DNA of 64,000 nucleotides from Felis catus (taxonomy: Eukaryota): the NCBI RefSeq assembly GCF_018350175.1, contig NC_058368.1, forward strand, positions 163,992,001-164,056,000. The letters are read 5' to 3'. The notes beneath the pieces are model-generated. The model had not been told where the DNA came from and searched no databases. It was given only the letters and a program-made list of their open reading frames with translations. Each line of letters begins with the position of its first letter. Position 1 is the stretch's first letter. The translations under genes and the position numbers were made by a program. This document shows positions 12,176-24,684 of the stretch, in pieces.

Positions 12176-13705
12176 ACATAAACAGCTTAAAACAGGTATT
12201 TTAGACATACGTAGTGTCAGTTTAAAGTGTTGGAAGCAGGAAAAAATCTCAAGTTTTGAGTTTTTAGGGTTTTTAGGTTGTGTTTGACTAGAATGTTCAA
12301 AAAAGCCTTGTGAGTTGGGACATTAGCACCATTTTTCGCATGCAGTATCCTGAGATGTAACATCAGTGCATCACAGCCACTATTTGTAATGTGCAATATG
12401 AAGAAAGAATATGTTGAATGGAAACAACATCAATCTTTAAACAACAAGTAGAGTTATTATTTAGCATTTTGAGTCGGCCACAGTGTTTGTTTATCTCCTG
12501 CTGCTATTTATAATTCAGGACTGTTGTTATTGGATCCAGAGTAGAGGAGCAAGTTGAAAAGAGAAGAAATGAATAGCTCCTCCCCCTCCTCTCTGAGGAA
12601 TCTTACCTGCAATCAATCCTGCTAGATGAACGGCAGCCACAAATGGGTGTGCTTTCTTGAATTCACTGGCTGTACCCACAGTCCATGCTGCAGTAGTTGA
12701 AGCAATCTTCCTTTCAAGATATTGATTTCCTATGGAATTGTCATTTGAAATGATGGATCTACAGTTGGGTTGGGACCTGGAGGAAAGATGGTTGTGTTTG
12801 TGTTGCAGGCAGGAATCTTGACAAGCTTTGTCCTCCACACAAAGGACAAAAGGAAAGGAAAGAAATTATTAGAGTTGGAAGAAAGATTAAGGAAAATACT
12901 TTAATCATCTTCCCGTTTTACAGGCCAATTTCTAATACTTAAGATGAGGTTATTTATGGGTTCCTCGTTTCACAGGAGTTGAATATTTCTGATTATTCCT
13001 AAAACCAAAGTAGTAAGACCTTTGGTGATGATGTACTTTACCACAGAAATGCAGAAAGTTTTACTGTTTGGCTAGGGTATTCATGGTTATAATTTTCTTT
13101 TTCTCAGAGGTGGTCTGAAGGCTGATCTTTGGGTCACAATGTTAACAGTCCTTTTTCTATAGATCAGATTTCCTGGACCCTGGAGGCTTCCGTTAAGAAG
13201 GGCTTGATTCCTGGCTGTTTCCATCCTAAAATATTGGAACTTACTCCTTTTCTTTCCTCTCTCTCTTCTGTTATCTTCTTTTATATAATGTGAGTTTCAC
13301 GTATTATAGATCATCTTTTTCTGTAATGTGTCATCCCTTTTTTTCTGCCACACTTTGAGTCAAGTTATTCTATACTTTCTTTTTTATGTTTGTCATTTGT
13401 TTTTCCTGTATACTCTATTTTTTACCCCAGAAACAACCCAGCCTCATTGGGTTGGGGTTTGTTATTCAGACTGATTATTTGCTTGACACAAATCTCTCTC
13501 CTATTATTCTAAGTAGGCTCAAAGATATTAATATACCCTTTTGTTTTCTTAGTTTTTAGAGAATAGTCCATGATGTTAAGTGTGAAAATGGGATTGTATA
13601 AGCTTGTGTCTTAGAGTGTGTGATATACAAAAACATTAAGTTCCTACAGCAATTAGTGAATACTTACAATCAGTGAATGCAATATTCTTCATAAATAAAT
13701 TTTAT

Positions 13706-13919
13706 TTTATGAAAATTTTTTAAAATATTTATTTGTGAGAGAGAGACAGAGCATGAACAGGGAAGGGGCAGAGAGAGAGAGGGAGACAGAGAATCCAAGG
13801 CCGGCTCCAGACTCTGAGCTGTCAGCACAGAGCCTGACATGGGCTAGAACTCACAGGCTGTGAGGTCATGACCTGAGCCAAAATCAGACCCTCAACTGAC
13901 TGAGCCACCCAGGTGCCCC
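13706..13919 (-). mobile_element. CanSINE (SINEC_Fc)
   Basis: Full body; TSD aata(t/g)tcttcataaataaattttat at 13681-13705 and 13920-13944. Confidence 0.95.
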
Positions 13920-14181
13920 AATAGTCTTCATAAATAAATTTTATAACAACAAAACCTTGGATTTATTATCAGACTATATTTTAAAAATATTTTTCTACAG
14001 AAAATTTTCTCTCAAACTCATTTTTCTACCTATGTTAATTATATAAACAAAATTAGATCACTTGTAGGTGATGGAACATCATCAGCATATACCGTATAAT
14101 AGGTACTTTTGGGAGTTTTTGGGTCATTGAGTTGTCGTGTCCTTAGGCTAAATGATCACTGATTCTTTGTTATTGCATTTC

Positions 14182-14285
14182 ATATATATATATATGTGTA
14201 TATATATATGTGTATATATATATGTATATATTTCATATATATATATATATATACTGATTTTTTTGATACTGCATCATATATATAT
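14182..14285. repeat. (TA)n-rich simple repeat
   Basis: Interrupted TA/TG dinucleotide run. Confidence 0.9.
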
Positions 14286-14542
14286 CTTTAAGAAACTGGC
14301 TTTTCTGGCTGTCTTAAACATGTGTTTTCCCTCTTCTGTAATTTTCTTCTTTTAATCTATGTTCTAGAAAATCCTATCTGTTCTAAGCAGAATTCTATCT
14401 GAAGTAATAATAAGTACTCATTAGGTAATATTTAAAAACACAAATTTAAAAACACAATATTTAAAAATGCAAACTTTTGATATACCTATTGACCTCTATT
14501 TTTTGCTCTTTAATAAAAGCTCTTTAATAAAACACTTGATTT

Positions 14543-14771
14543 GGGGCACCTGGGTGGCTCAGTTGGTTAAGTATCTTCAGCTCAGGTCATGATCTCGCGG
14601 TTTGTGAGTTCGAGCCCTGAATCGGGCTCTGTGCTGACAGCTTGAAGCCTGGAGCCTGCTTCGGATTCTATGTCTCCTCCTCTCTCTGCCTCTCCCCTGC
14701 TCATGCTCATGCTCATGCTCATGCTCTGTCTCTCTCTCTCTCCATAATAAATAAAAATGTTAAAAAAAACC
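14543..14771 (+). mobile_element. CanSINE (SINEC_Fc) with (ctcatg)n expansion
   Basis: TSD aaaacacttgattt at 14529-14542 and 14772-14785; gctcat repeated 4 times. Confidence 0.95.
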
Positions 14772-15191
14772 AAAACACTTGATTTACTAGGATTGCAGAG
14801 ATTTGAAGTTGTGGGGCAAGTTGGTGATATTGAAATATGTGACTTTTTCTAAGCAATGCCCATATTAATAGGTAGATTAACTCTCATAATGTTATGATGA
14901 TTAGATGTATCCTACATGTGAGCATTTGATATGTGATGGTCACATAGTGTGTAGGGGGGGGCCGGTGTGGGGAGAGGGAGAGAGAGATGGAGACAGGTGA
15001 GAGGGATGGGGAGAAATCAAACCCAACCTTCCTGTAAAGAATTGACCAAAAAGGGTGGCATAAAACTTCTTTGGTAGACATTTCTAACATCTTTCACTAA
15101 ATGAATCACAATTTTCAACACTGTTGTCAGGCAAACAGCAGTGTCACCTTCATTTTTGTTTTGTTTAGCACACATTCCCTACATTTATTTA

Positions 15192-15420
15192 TTTATTTAT
15201 TGTTAAGTTTTTTAAATGTTTTTATTTTTGAGACAGAGAGAGACAGAGCATGCACAGGGGAGAGGGAGGCAGAGAGAGAGAGGGAGACACAGAATCTGAA
15301 GCAGGCTCCAGGCTCTGAGTTGTCAGCACAGAGCCAGACGCGGGGCTCGAACTCACGGACTGTGAGATCATGACCTGAGCCGAAGTCGGACGCTTAACTG
15401 GCTGAGCCACCCAGGCACCC
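15192..15420 (-). mobile_element. CanSINE (SINEC_Fc)
   Basis: TSD cattccctacatttattta at 15173-15191 and 15421-15439. Confidence 0.97.
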
Positions 15421-18224
15421 CATTCCCTACATTTATTTAGAGAATATATTTGGTTTGGAGAATGGACTAGGAGGGGTGTATGTAGATTAATGTAAAGTGA
15501 AATACAGCATGAAAATATCCAATTGGAGCAATGATTTATCTGATTTTAGTATTTAAATGAATTTCTTTAACACCCAAAAAAATGAAAATTCCCTTGGCAG
15601 ATGCTTGCTGATGATCTCCTGTCATCATAGCAATGTCTTATTGCTGAGTAATTAAAATCACACTTCCAAACTAGAGAAACCTTTCCATTTTGGGCATAAA
15701 GATGTAGTAGGATTCAAGTAGATTTCAGTCAATAAAGCCTTAATTAATCAGAAATCAATATGTTAGGAACTTAAATAGATTTCAATAGTTAATTTCTACT
15801 CTATGATAATAAAAAAGTCTATTTTTTTTAAAGATTCTTCAATAACAACCACAAAAAAAATAACAACCACAAAAACAACCACACTCTCAGGTAGCCAGAG
15901 TTCATCCTTCCATTTCTGGTAGGATGTTAGTTGAGTTTTTATTGTAACAGTATTTTTAAGGGAGAAATTTTTACCCTTCAGGACACTAGACCTGTATGGA
16001 TCCTTTAAATTCTTACAAATCAAATTCTGACTAGATATATTTATAAAAATTGTCTGATACCCATTTTCTGTATTAAGAGAGAGATTTTTGTATCAGTCTT
16101 CTTCATGCATGTGCATTATTAATGGAAACAGTGTGATTTGATAAGCTGTTTTACTTAGACTGTCATCTTTTTTTTTTTTTTAACAAAGTAAGTAGATTCT
16201 ATTTGGTGTTCAGTGAAATAGGCTAAGTTATGTTGCTGGATGTTTATGGTAAATATGTGCCATTTCTCACTCATCTTTGTTTAGACAAACATTCATTTCT
16301 GACATTTATCTACTTTATTTACAAGTCACTGCTATTTATATTAGTAGGCAATGCTATTTCCTATTTAACTTTGGTATGATCACTATGCAAGTATAATTTT
16401 GAGCTCAGCCACCTGTTTACACATTCTGTCATATGGCAAAACAAAACCCTTTCTAGAGTAAGTATTTAAGAGGAGAGAGGCAATAGTGTGAGTGAGACAT
16501 TTGGCAATCCTAATCCTAAAGCAGCCTTAAATTACATTGTTTAAACTGTTAGCCTGCATTAATTCCTGAGGATGCTTATTGGTAGGCAGTATAATTAAGA
16601 TGCTGGTGAGTATGAATGGAGTAGCAGGACCATTATTGATAACACTTGCATCTAAGCTTTTAGCTTATAAATATTGAAAATGTGTTAACATGTATTGATG
16701 TTTGGTCATGAACCCAGGGGCAGTGAAATACATAAAGAAGGCAATGAATACATAATAAATAAAGAGCCACAACTCTGCTGTTACATTGGTTATGTACTTT
16801 TCATATGGATTTTTTTTTTACTTGGAGAATATTCTTTCCTGTCAAGTTTTTTGGAAAGGAACTATGAAATCTTCTAGTTATAGATTTGCCAAATTTTAAC
16901 AGTTTATAGAAAAATCTGAGTAAGCTTCTCAGTAAGTGTAGTATGCTAAAGATTCTAGTGATCCAAGTTTAATCCTATTACCTGTGTTGTTTTCCACCTT
17001 AACACCAGGAATCCATTTTGGGCATGATTTCAGTGAGATATTGTTAGGTGAATGTCATTTTAGTGAGTGATCTAAAACTGAATGAAGTTCCCCAGTCAAA
17101 TGTTTTGTCTTGTATACAGCAGTAAAAGCTGTATGAAAAGAATAATTTACTGTGAGAATGTGGAAATTGATAGTATAACATAAGGAGTTATCTTTTCCTA
17201 AATTAGGAGTAATCTGAAAGTATAAAGGAGATGGAATTCTAGTGAGCGAAAAGTTAATATATTTTTCCTCAGGAAAACATTTATTTCTGATATCTTTTTT
17301 TTTTGGGGGGGGGGTGGAGGGAAAAGCTATTAGATCAAACTTTTGGTAGTGGAATGAGAGTTTTGACCAAGGTTTTGTCTTCCTGTCACTGAAAACAGTT
17401 TTCTGAGTATGAGTTTCTAACAATATGGGTAATCAGAAATTTGGAAAAGAAAAGACTAGTCTTTTAGGATGTCAGGAAAGGGCATGAGCAAGCATTAGAC
17501 AAAAAGAATGCACACAAAAAAGACCCCTAATGGAATGAATACCCAGCTTGTCACAAAAATGCTTAATGATGGAGTAAAGATAAATTTGTCACTTTCTCAT
17601 ATGTTGAATATTCATCATATAGTCTATGCAGCTGTATCTTAGAATGCCATTTCCTTTTTTTTTTTTTTAACATAAAGCAGATTACTCCACTAGTTTATTC
17701 TTAGGCACTGCATTGTGTACCTTGTATGCTTAAATGAACTGTTGTAAGGCCAGACTTTAAATGGTATTTTGTTATTAGTATTTTTTTCTTACTATATGAT
17801 CAGGTTTATGGTATGTAGGCTACATTTCTTTTTGTGAAATAGGCAAAAGGTTATATGAAAATGAGCATTGCCCTAGTTGGTAATCAGGTATTCTGATTGA
17901 TATTTATTCAATGTTAAACCAATGCTATATTAAAGCATATATGCACATATGTATTAAGATACGGACATTGTACCTCATTATTTATTAGTAAAGGAAGTGA
18001 TCTTAATTATTTCTCTAGTAGGTTTCATAGGTTAATGCAAAGTCTAATCATCTCTTTTCAGACCCAATAACATGTGTGGTTCAAATTTTATAACACTGTA
18101 ACTTGGAAATAATATTTATAATATCTAATTGGTGTTTGTAATCTTACATTGCAAACTAATTTAAATGACCAATTTAAACATTTAAAGTAAATTTAAAAAT
18201 GTGTGTATATGTAATACCTGACTC

Positions 18225-19185
18225 CGGACTTGAATTTAAGATGAAACTCATGTAGCTTAAGCCTCAGGGCCCCCACTTGCCTGACTCCTTTTCAGTTCCA
18301 GCGTATAGTCCTCCCTGGATATAGAGAGGAAGTGCTGATAATGCTCTAAGTAGTTGTCCTGGGACTCTAGGTAGTTGTGGGTCACCAGCATCTCCGCATC
18401 TACCCACGTCCTCAGTGAAAACCTTATCTTGGTAGAACTCATTGTTCATCTAGACCGTACCATTGTTCATCCAGAGGATCTGAACAAATGCCTTTCTCTC
18501 ACTCCCTGGATCAGAGGCCTCTAAAGATCTTGATTTGAGGCCACTTGTGCCCTCTCCCAACCAGGACCAGGTCACAAGGGGGCAGGGAGGCCCTAGCTCA
18601 GTCCATGGGGTACATCTAGGGAGAACCTAGCCAAGTCCTTGGGGTGATGCATATATTACAAGATCAAAGTGCTGAGATTCTTCAAGAGCTTGCCCACAGT
18701 GATCATAAAACACCATAAAGCTGTGGTTTTATAGTAAACATCAAACAGTATAGTAAACATAAAACAACATAAAAACACATAAAACTCCCTCTGTGCTGAA
18801 GCTTGAAAAAACCATCTAAGCTATCAATAACACAAAACAAATTTCCATTAACCATGCTAGAAGAAAGACTGAGTTATCATTTTATTGAAAATGATATACA
18901 AATTATTGCCAGTCAGAGAGAATGAACCCAAAATGTTGGGCAAAAGTATCACACAGGTATTACAGAAGTGGCAGTTAATAATAATGATAAAAGTGATAGG
19001 TTATTTTCCTGGATTTTGTTATGTTCATAGTATTTTTCAGCTTTTTAAAACTTTATAATTTGTTTCAAATCCTTTCCTCATTCTAAATACATAACTCACT
19101 TTCACAGCTACTTTTTTATTCATAGTTTTATATTATTTTCTAAAAAATAGGTCTCCAGGCTATGCAAAACCTGGATCCCTCTCTG
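18225..19185 (+). mobile_element. hAT-Tip100 DNA transposon relic (MER115/Zaphod-like)
   Basis: 5' gcttaagcctcagggcccccacttgc and 3' caggctatgcaaaacctggatccctctctg match recalled MER115/Zaphod ends; 18790-18900 resembles the hAT C-terminal dimerisation motif (SKLSI..NKF..TMLEERL..L.IEND). Confidence 0.7.
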
Positions 19186-19345
19186 CCTGGTACATAGTAG
19201 CTATTTAATACGTGTTTTTTTATTCTCCTCTAGATCCATTAAATTTCCATCGACTGTATAAATATGATGACTTTACTAATATTTGTTATGTACAATTACA
19301 TAGTGTCTATTGACTATTTTTTACTTATGCCATTTTAATTTTTTT

Positions 19346-19555
19346 AATTTTTAAATATTTATTTATTTTTGAAGGAGAGAGAGACAGAGTGTGAGCAAGG
19401 GAGGGGCAGAGAGAGACGGAGACACAGAATCCGAAGCAGGCTCCAGGTTCTGACCTGTCAGCACAGAGCTCTACATGGGGCTCGAACTCACAAGCAGTGA
19501 GATCATCACCTGAGCCAAAGTGGGCCCCTCAACCAACTGAGCCACCCAGATGCCC
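19346..19555 (-). mobile_element. CanSINE (SINEC_Fc)
   Basis: TSD tgccattttaattttttt at about 19328 and 19556. Confidence 0.95.
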
Positions 19556-19569
19556 TGCCATTTTAATTT

Positions 19570-19773
19570 TTTTTAAATGCTTATTTATTTTTGAGAGAGA
19601 GAGAGAGCACGAACAGGGGAGGGGCAGAGAGAGGGAGACACAAAATCCAAAGCAGGTTGCAGGCTCTGAGCTGTCAGCACAGAGATCCACACAGGGCTTG
19701 AACCTACAAACCATGAGATCATGACCTGAATCGAAGTCGGATGCTTAACTGACTGAGCCACCCAGGCATCCCT
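19570..19773 (-). mobile_element. CanSINE (SINEC_Fc), no TSD seen
   Basis: Full body; head abuts MLT1 sequence directly. Confidence 0.93.
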
Positions 19774-20322
19774 GGAAAATGGGTTTTTGTAACTGAAATT
19801 AAGTTGAGAATCGTGACATAAAGAGATCATCTTCCATTTTCCAGATAGGTCCTAAATCCAATGACAAGACACAAATAGAACAGACACGAGTGGAGGAAGA
19901 AATGTGACTATGGAGGCAAACCACAGAGAAGCAGTGATGGATTCACAAGCCAAAGAATGTCAGTGGCCACTACAAGTTAATAGAGGCAAAGAATATAATC
20001 TTTCCTAGAGCCTTCAGAAGTTGATGGCCCTCCTGACTCTTTGATTTTGGATTTTGTGTCCCCAGAACTGTGAGAGAATAAAGTTCTGTTCTGTTTTTTT
20101 GTTTTTGTTTTTTAATTTAACGGATTAAACATATTCCCATTAGGTTTAATTTCTTTTTTTAAATTTTTTTAATTTTAACTTGTTTTATTTTTTATTTATT
20201 TTTGTAATTTACATCCAAATTAGCATATAGTGCAACAATGATTTCAGGGGTAGTAAACTTCTGTTGTTTTAAGCCACCTGGTCTGTGGTAATTTGTTATA
20301 GCAGCCACAGAAAACTAATATA
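19774..20322 (+). mobile_element. MaLR LTR (MLT1C-like), 5'-truncated, interrupted by an L1 tail
   Basis: ggtcctaaatccaatgacaag...ccagaactgtgagagaataaa...ttttaagccacc..tgtggtaatttgttatagcagccacagaaaactaata. Confidence 0.85.
20091..20253 (-). mobile_element. Extremely truncated L1_Fc 3' end with double A-rich tail
   Basis: aatttacatccaaattagcatatagtgcaacaatgatttcagg matches L1 3' termini at 27570-27620 and 3057-3120; TSD taaagttctgtt / taaacttctgtt. Confidence 0.8.
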
Positions 20323-20415
20323 GCTTTCATTTTATCACCAACATTTTCTAATGTTATCATCAAAGCACAGTTTGTTGTAGTAAACAAATGACCAGATGGG
20401 ATCAAATGACCAGAT

Positions 20416-20658
20416 GGAGCCTGGGTGGCTCAATTGGTTGAGCATCTGACTTGGGTTCAGGTCACGATCTCAAGGTTCGTGGGTTTGAGCCCCATGTTGG
20501 GCTCTATGCTGACAGCTCAGAGCCTGGAGTCTGCTTCGGATTCTGTGTCTCCCTCTCTCTCTTTGCCCCTTCCCTACTCATGCTCGCTCTCTCTGTCTCT
20601 CTCTCTCTGTCTCTCTCTCTCTCAAAAATAAATAAACATTAACAAAAATTAAAAACAA
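20416..20658 (+). mobile_element. CanSINE (SINEC_Fc)
   Basis: Body, CT tract and A tail; flanking caaatgaccaga repeats. Confidence 0.95.
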
Positions 20659-21749
20659 AAACAAATGACCAGAAATTAGGTGAAGAAGATGGTATTGGAG
20701 GCTGAGAGGGATAAACAGAAGAACAAATTTTGAAGAAAGAACAAATAGAAATTTATATTCATGAAACAGATAATTTTGTGTTTTCCTTTTCCTGTTGCAT
20801 TCTTTTTGATATTGTGGTTTATTTTTTTCTATCTGTATTGGGGGAGTGGTTAAAGAATAGACTTTATTAACACTTTGTGAATCAGAAAAGAGCCAGGGAT
20901 CACCATGGTAGTTCTCGATGCAGAGTCACAAGAGAAGTTGAGAAGAGGTAGTTACAAATCTTTTGAAACTTTTCAATTGCACAAGGAGGTACACTATATT
21001 TTATCCATATGGACAATCGCCTAAAGTATATCTTTTTCACATATACAAGCTCCAAAATGTTTCTCTACACCAAGAGGTTGTACATTTTTATATTTGTCCT
21101 AGGTGTGACCTATTAATGCTACTAATTACCTGAGTCTATGAAGATCTTGTTTTTGTTCTTTTATAATGTGTTTTTTAAAAAGTATTCACTTAAGTAAATT
21201 AAATTATGTATGTTTTTGCTTCTTTAGCTGTACAAATGTTTTAATGTAAATATATATAAGATTTAAATACTTATAAGCTAATAAGTATAATTCTTTTTCA
21301 TTAAATAGGGACAGTGATCTACACTTAAGGGTTGAATTGATGTGTCTGTTAGAAAAAAGATGTCAATAATTTAAATACATTTAGGAAATATACTGAACTA
21401 ATATATATAGAAAGGTTATTTCAATTTAATGCAAGAAAGTAATTTAACCATTTATAATTAATAAAGCTTCCTATTTTGATGTTTCTATATGCTGAATTTT
21501 TATATATCATCTTTGGAAAGTATAGTAATTTTTCTTAAAAATTGATGAGGAACTCATGAATTGTATCCATGGAAAATCGGATACATTGTCCTTTGTAAGA
21601 ACAGAGATGTGAAGGAATGTTTGTATGTCTTGTTTCTATTAAAACACATCTTTTCTAAGGGGAATTTAACATATTTTATTAATATTGGCCCAGATTCTGT
21701 TGGTAGTCTGTCCATTAGAAAGACAGGTGAGAGATAATGGGTTCTCGTA

Positions 21750-22006
21750 TTTTATTTTATTTTATTGTATTGTATTGTATTTTATTTTATTTTATTTATT
21801 TTATTTTTTTAAATGTTTATTTATTTTTGAAGGAGAGACAGAGTGTGAGTGGGGGAGGGGCAGAGAGAGACACACAGAATTTGAAGCAGGCTCCAGGCTC
21901 TGAGCTGTTAGCACAGAGCCTGATGTGGGACTTGAACTCACAAACTGCGAGATCATGACCTGAGCTGAAGTTGGGAACTCAACCAACTGAGCCATGCAGG
22001 CACTCC
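21750..22006 (-). mobile_element. CanSINE (SINEC_Fc) with (TTTTA/TGTAT)n tail
   Basis: Full reverse body. Confidence 0.94.
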
Positions 22007-22064
22007 TATTTTATTTTATTTTTTGAAGTCTATTTTGTCTGATACAAGTATGGCTATTTTCTGT

Positions 22065-22180
22065 TTTTATTTTTAATTTTTATTTATTATTATTACTATT
22101 ATTATTATTCATTTTTATTTAAATTCAAGTTAGTTAACATACAGTGTGATATTAGTTTCAGGAGTACAATATAGTAATTC
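22065..22180 (-). mobile_element. Carnivore L1 3' terminal fragment
   Basis: ttcaagttagttaacatacagtgtgatattagtttcaggagtacaatatagtaattc preceded by T-rich tail; similar to 63255-63345. Confidence 0.75.
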
Positions 22181-24194
22181 CAGGTGTAGAGCTTACTTTA
22201 AAAAAAGGGGTTCTCTTCTTTTAGATGAATCTCCTATATTGCCCCATCCCAATATATCCTCTGAATCCAATTCTATTTGTAAGAAATATAAATTGCTTTT
22301 CATTGTCTTCGAGGTAAATTCCAATTGTTTAACGTTCATGAACAAGCCCTTTTTAGTTAAATGACTCCATCTCCTACCATTGCCTCCCTCTTCATCCTCT
22401 ATGATTTTATTTTGCAATTATACTGCTTAATAGAGCCCATGCTATTCTGTGTCTCTATATGTTTTTACATGTATGGAAGGATTCTATGTGAGATGCCAAC
22501 ATAATGTAATTTGTCTGGAAAACTGGTGGGGTGGGCACTTTTCCTACATTGACAGAACTTTTAGAAGAGCTTATCCTGAGAGAAAAAGAAGGATGGGTGT
22601 GTTGTAATAAGTGAACCTTGGCCTCAGAAGGACAGAGCCAACCTCAAGTTTAGTATGGTGTCCATGACTTGTTCAGCTCCCTGTTGGGCACATGTCTGAA
22701 TCCTATGGAGACTAAATAGGAGAGAGATCTAGAAAAATCATAAAAAATGTGCTTTTTGCATCTTCTTTTTGAGTGGAATTCCTACTATGCTTTGCCATAG
22801 AACTCCCTAAAGCGTGGATTATATGAAGGTCCAATGATCGCCCCCAGAGAGCTGTGGTTCCCTGTGGTATGATATTCCCTTTATCTGTTGATGCCAAGGA
22901 AATGCTACTAGGAACATCCTTTTTTCATAGGTCTCTATAAGACACTTTCTCTGATCTCAGAAATATCTGGTTGTTGTGGTGTTTGTGTTAGAATTGGTAG
23001 GAACTGGATGTTCTGAATTAATAGATGGAGAAAATTTGGAAACTTTTGGATGTTTGGAAGTTCCAAACGTAATTATTTGGCATCCTAATCAATAGAATCT
23101 TGCTAAGTGAATGAATCTTATCTGATATACTCACCTCTGTTATTATATTAGTGGCTAAAATATGTTCCTTCCCCTACTATTTAAATTTTATTAAACTGTG
23201 AAATTTCTCTAGAAATAAAGTTCTTTAACTCAAAGACTTAACGACTTAACACTATTATGATGGGATTTTAGTCTCTGTGGCAGGGTCGCAGATCTGATTT
23301 TTGATAAGGAGGAATTCTCCAGGTGTCATCCCAAATCACACCTCCTAACTTCCTGTAGTGTCAGTCCTTCCACAACTGCCTGCAAATAAGTAAATTGCTC
23401 TGGGATCTAAGAGCTGATGGCTCTCTGAGGAGAAGGCCAGATACTCCATTTTTGACTCGTCACTCACTTCACTGCTCCCATCTTCACATGAGAATCCTCA
23501 CATTTATCACTCAAATCATGGAATATCACTGAGCAGGAAAAGATCAGTGGTGATGGTAGCTAGAAAAGCCAGTCCAAAGCACTCATCAAGAAAGATTTGC
23601 TTTTTATTATCTTTTTTGCTTTGGTTTATGATAACTCACAGAAGTGGGGAAAAAATCTTGGCATAATAACATTATGGGCTGACATCTACTAGTTTCATGC
23701 AGGATTTAGCTTTTTGCTGTGAAAGAAGTAATTGGTGCAAGAGAACTTGAGAGACCGGAAGCAGCTATTGCATCCCATTCAGGAATAATAGAGCTAGCTA
23801 AAATTAACCAGTGGGGTTTATAAAATCCAAACTTTCATCTGTTAAACCTAGATTAAATTGGACAGACCAAACACAGTCTTAACACTTGACCCATGTGAAT
23901 GGAAGAGAGTTTAGATAGCATCAGATGAGCTAGGAATAAGAATGAGCATCCAAGGCTGTGAGCATCCCTGTAGACAGAGCCGATTATTGGGATCTCTGTG
24001 TATTGTCTGTGTATTGCTGTGGTGAGGTCCAAAGTGAACCTTCCTTCACATCCTGTTAGGCCTGAGATACTGCCAGATACTTCCTGCCTCTTTAGTACAT
24101 TTTTGTGGCCCAGTTGTCATATTTTTAAATAGATCCCAACAACCATGGATACTGTTCATGAAGAACAGTATTCTTTCTGTTTTAATGGCATTCA

Positions 24195-24345
24195 AATGTT
24201 TCCCTCTTTGAAACTGACCCAGTCTTATCACTCTGCATATGAGGCAACTGGAGAAGTTAAGCAGCTTTTGGTTCATGTTGGTTGCTAAGACCAGGAGCCA
24301 GGTCTTGACTGAGACAGACCAGAGCCAGGACTTTTGTCTGCCTCT
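24195..24345 (-). mobile_element. MIR
   Basis: tgcatatgaggcaactggagaagttaagcagc..., MIR core antisense. Confidence 0.5.
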
Positions 24346-24684
24346 CAGTCCACTCAACCTTTTTTTTATAGGATGCATTTTTTTTAATTAAAACCCAGAG
24401 TAAGTGGCTCCTTTTCTATCTGAGAATGGAAAAGATGTCTGAGATGCTCTTGGAAGTCATTAGAGTCTACCTCCCTGGCAAAGGGAAAAACAAAGCTAAG
24501 TCTGATCACTTACTTTTAGGGCATTGAAAAATATAAAACCTCAATGAAGACCATACTATAAGACATGGCCTATTATATATTTGTTTGAAAAAGAAAACAG
24601 TGACATTATTGACAAAGCACATAATGGCTATATTTAGTTGCAGTTTGGAAATTTGAGGACATTAAAAAAATTTTTTTTTTACAA

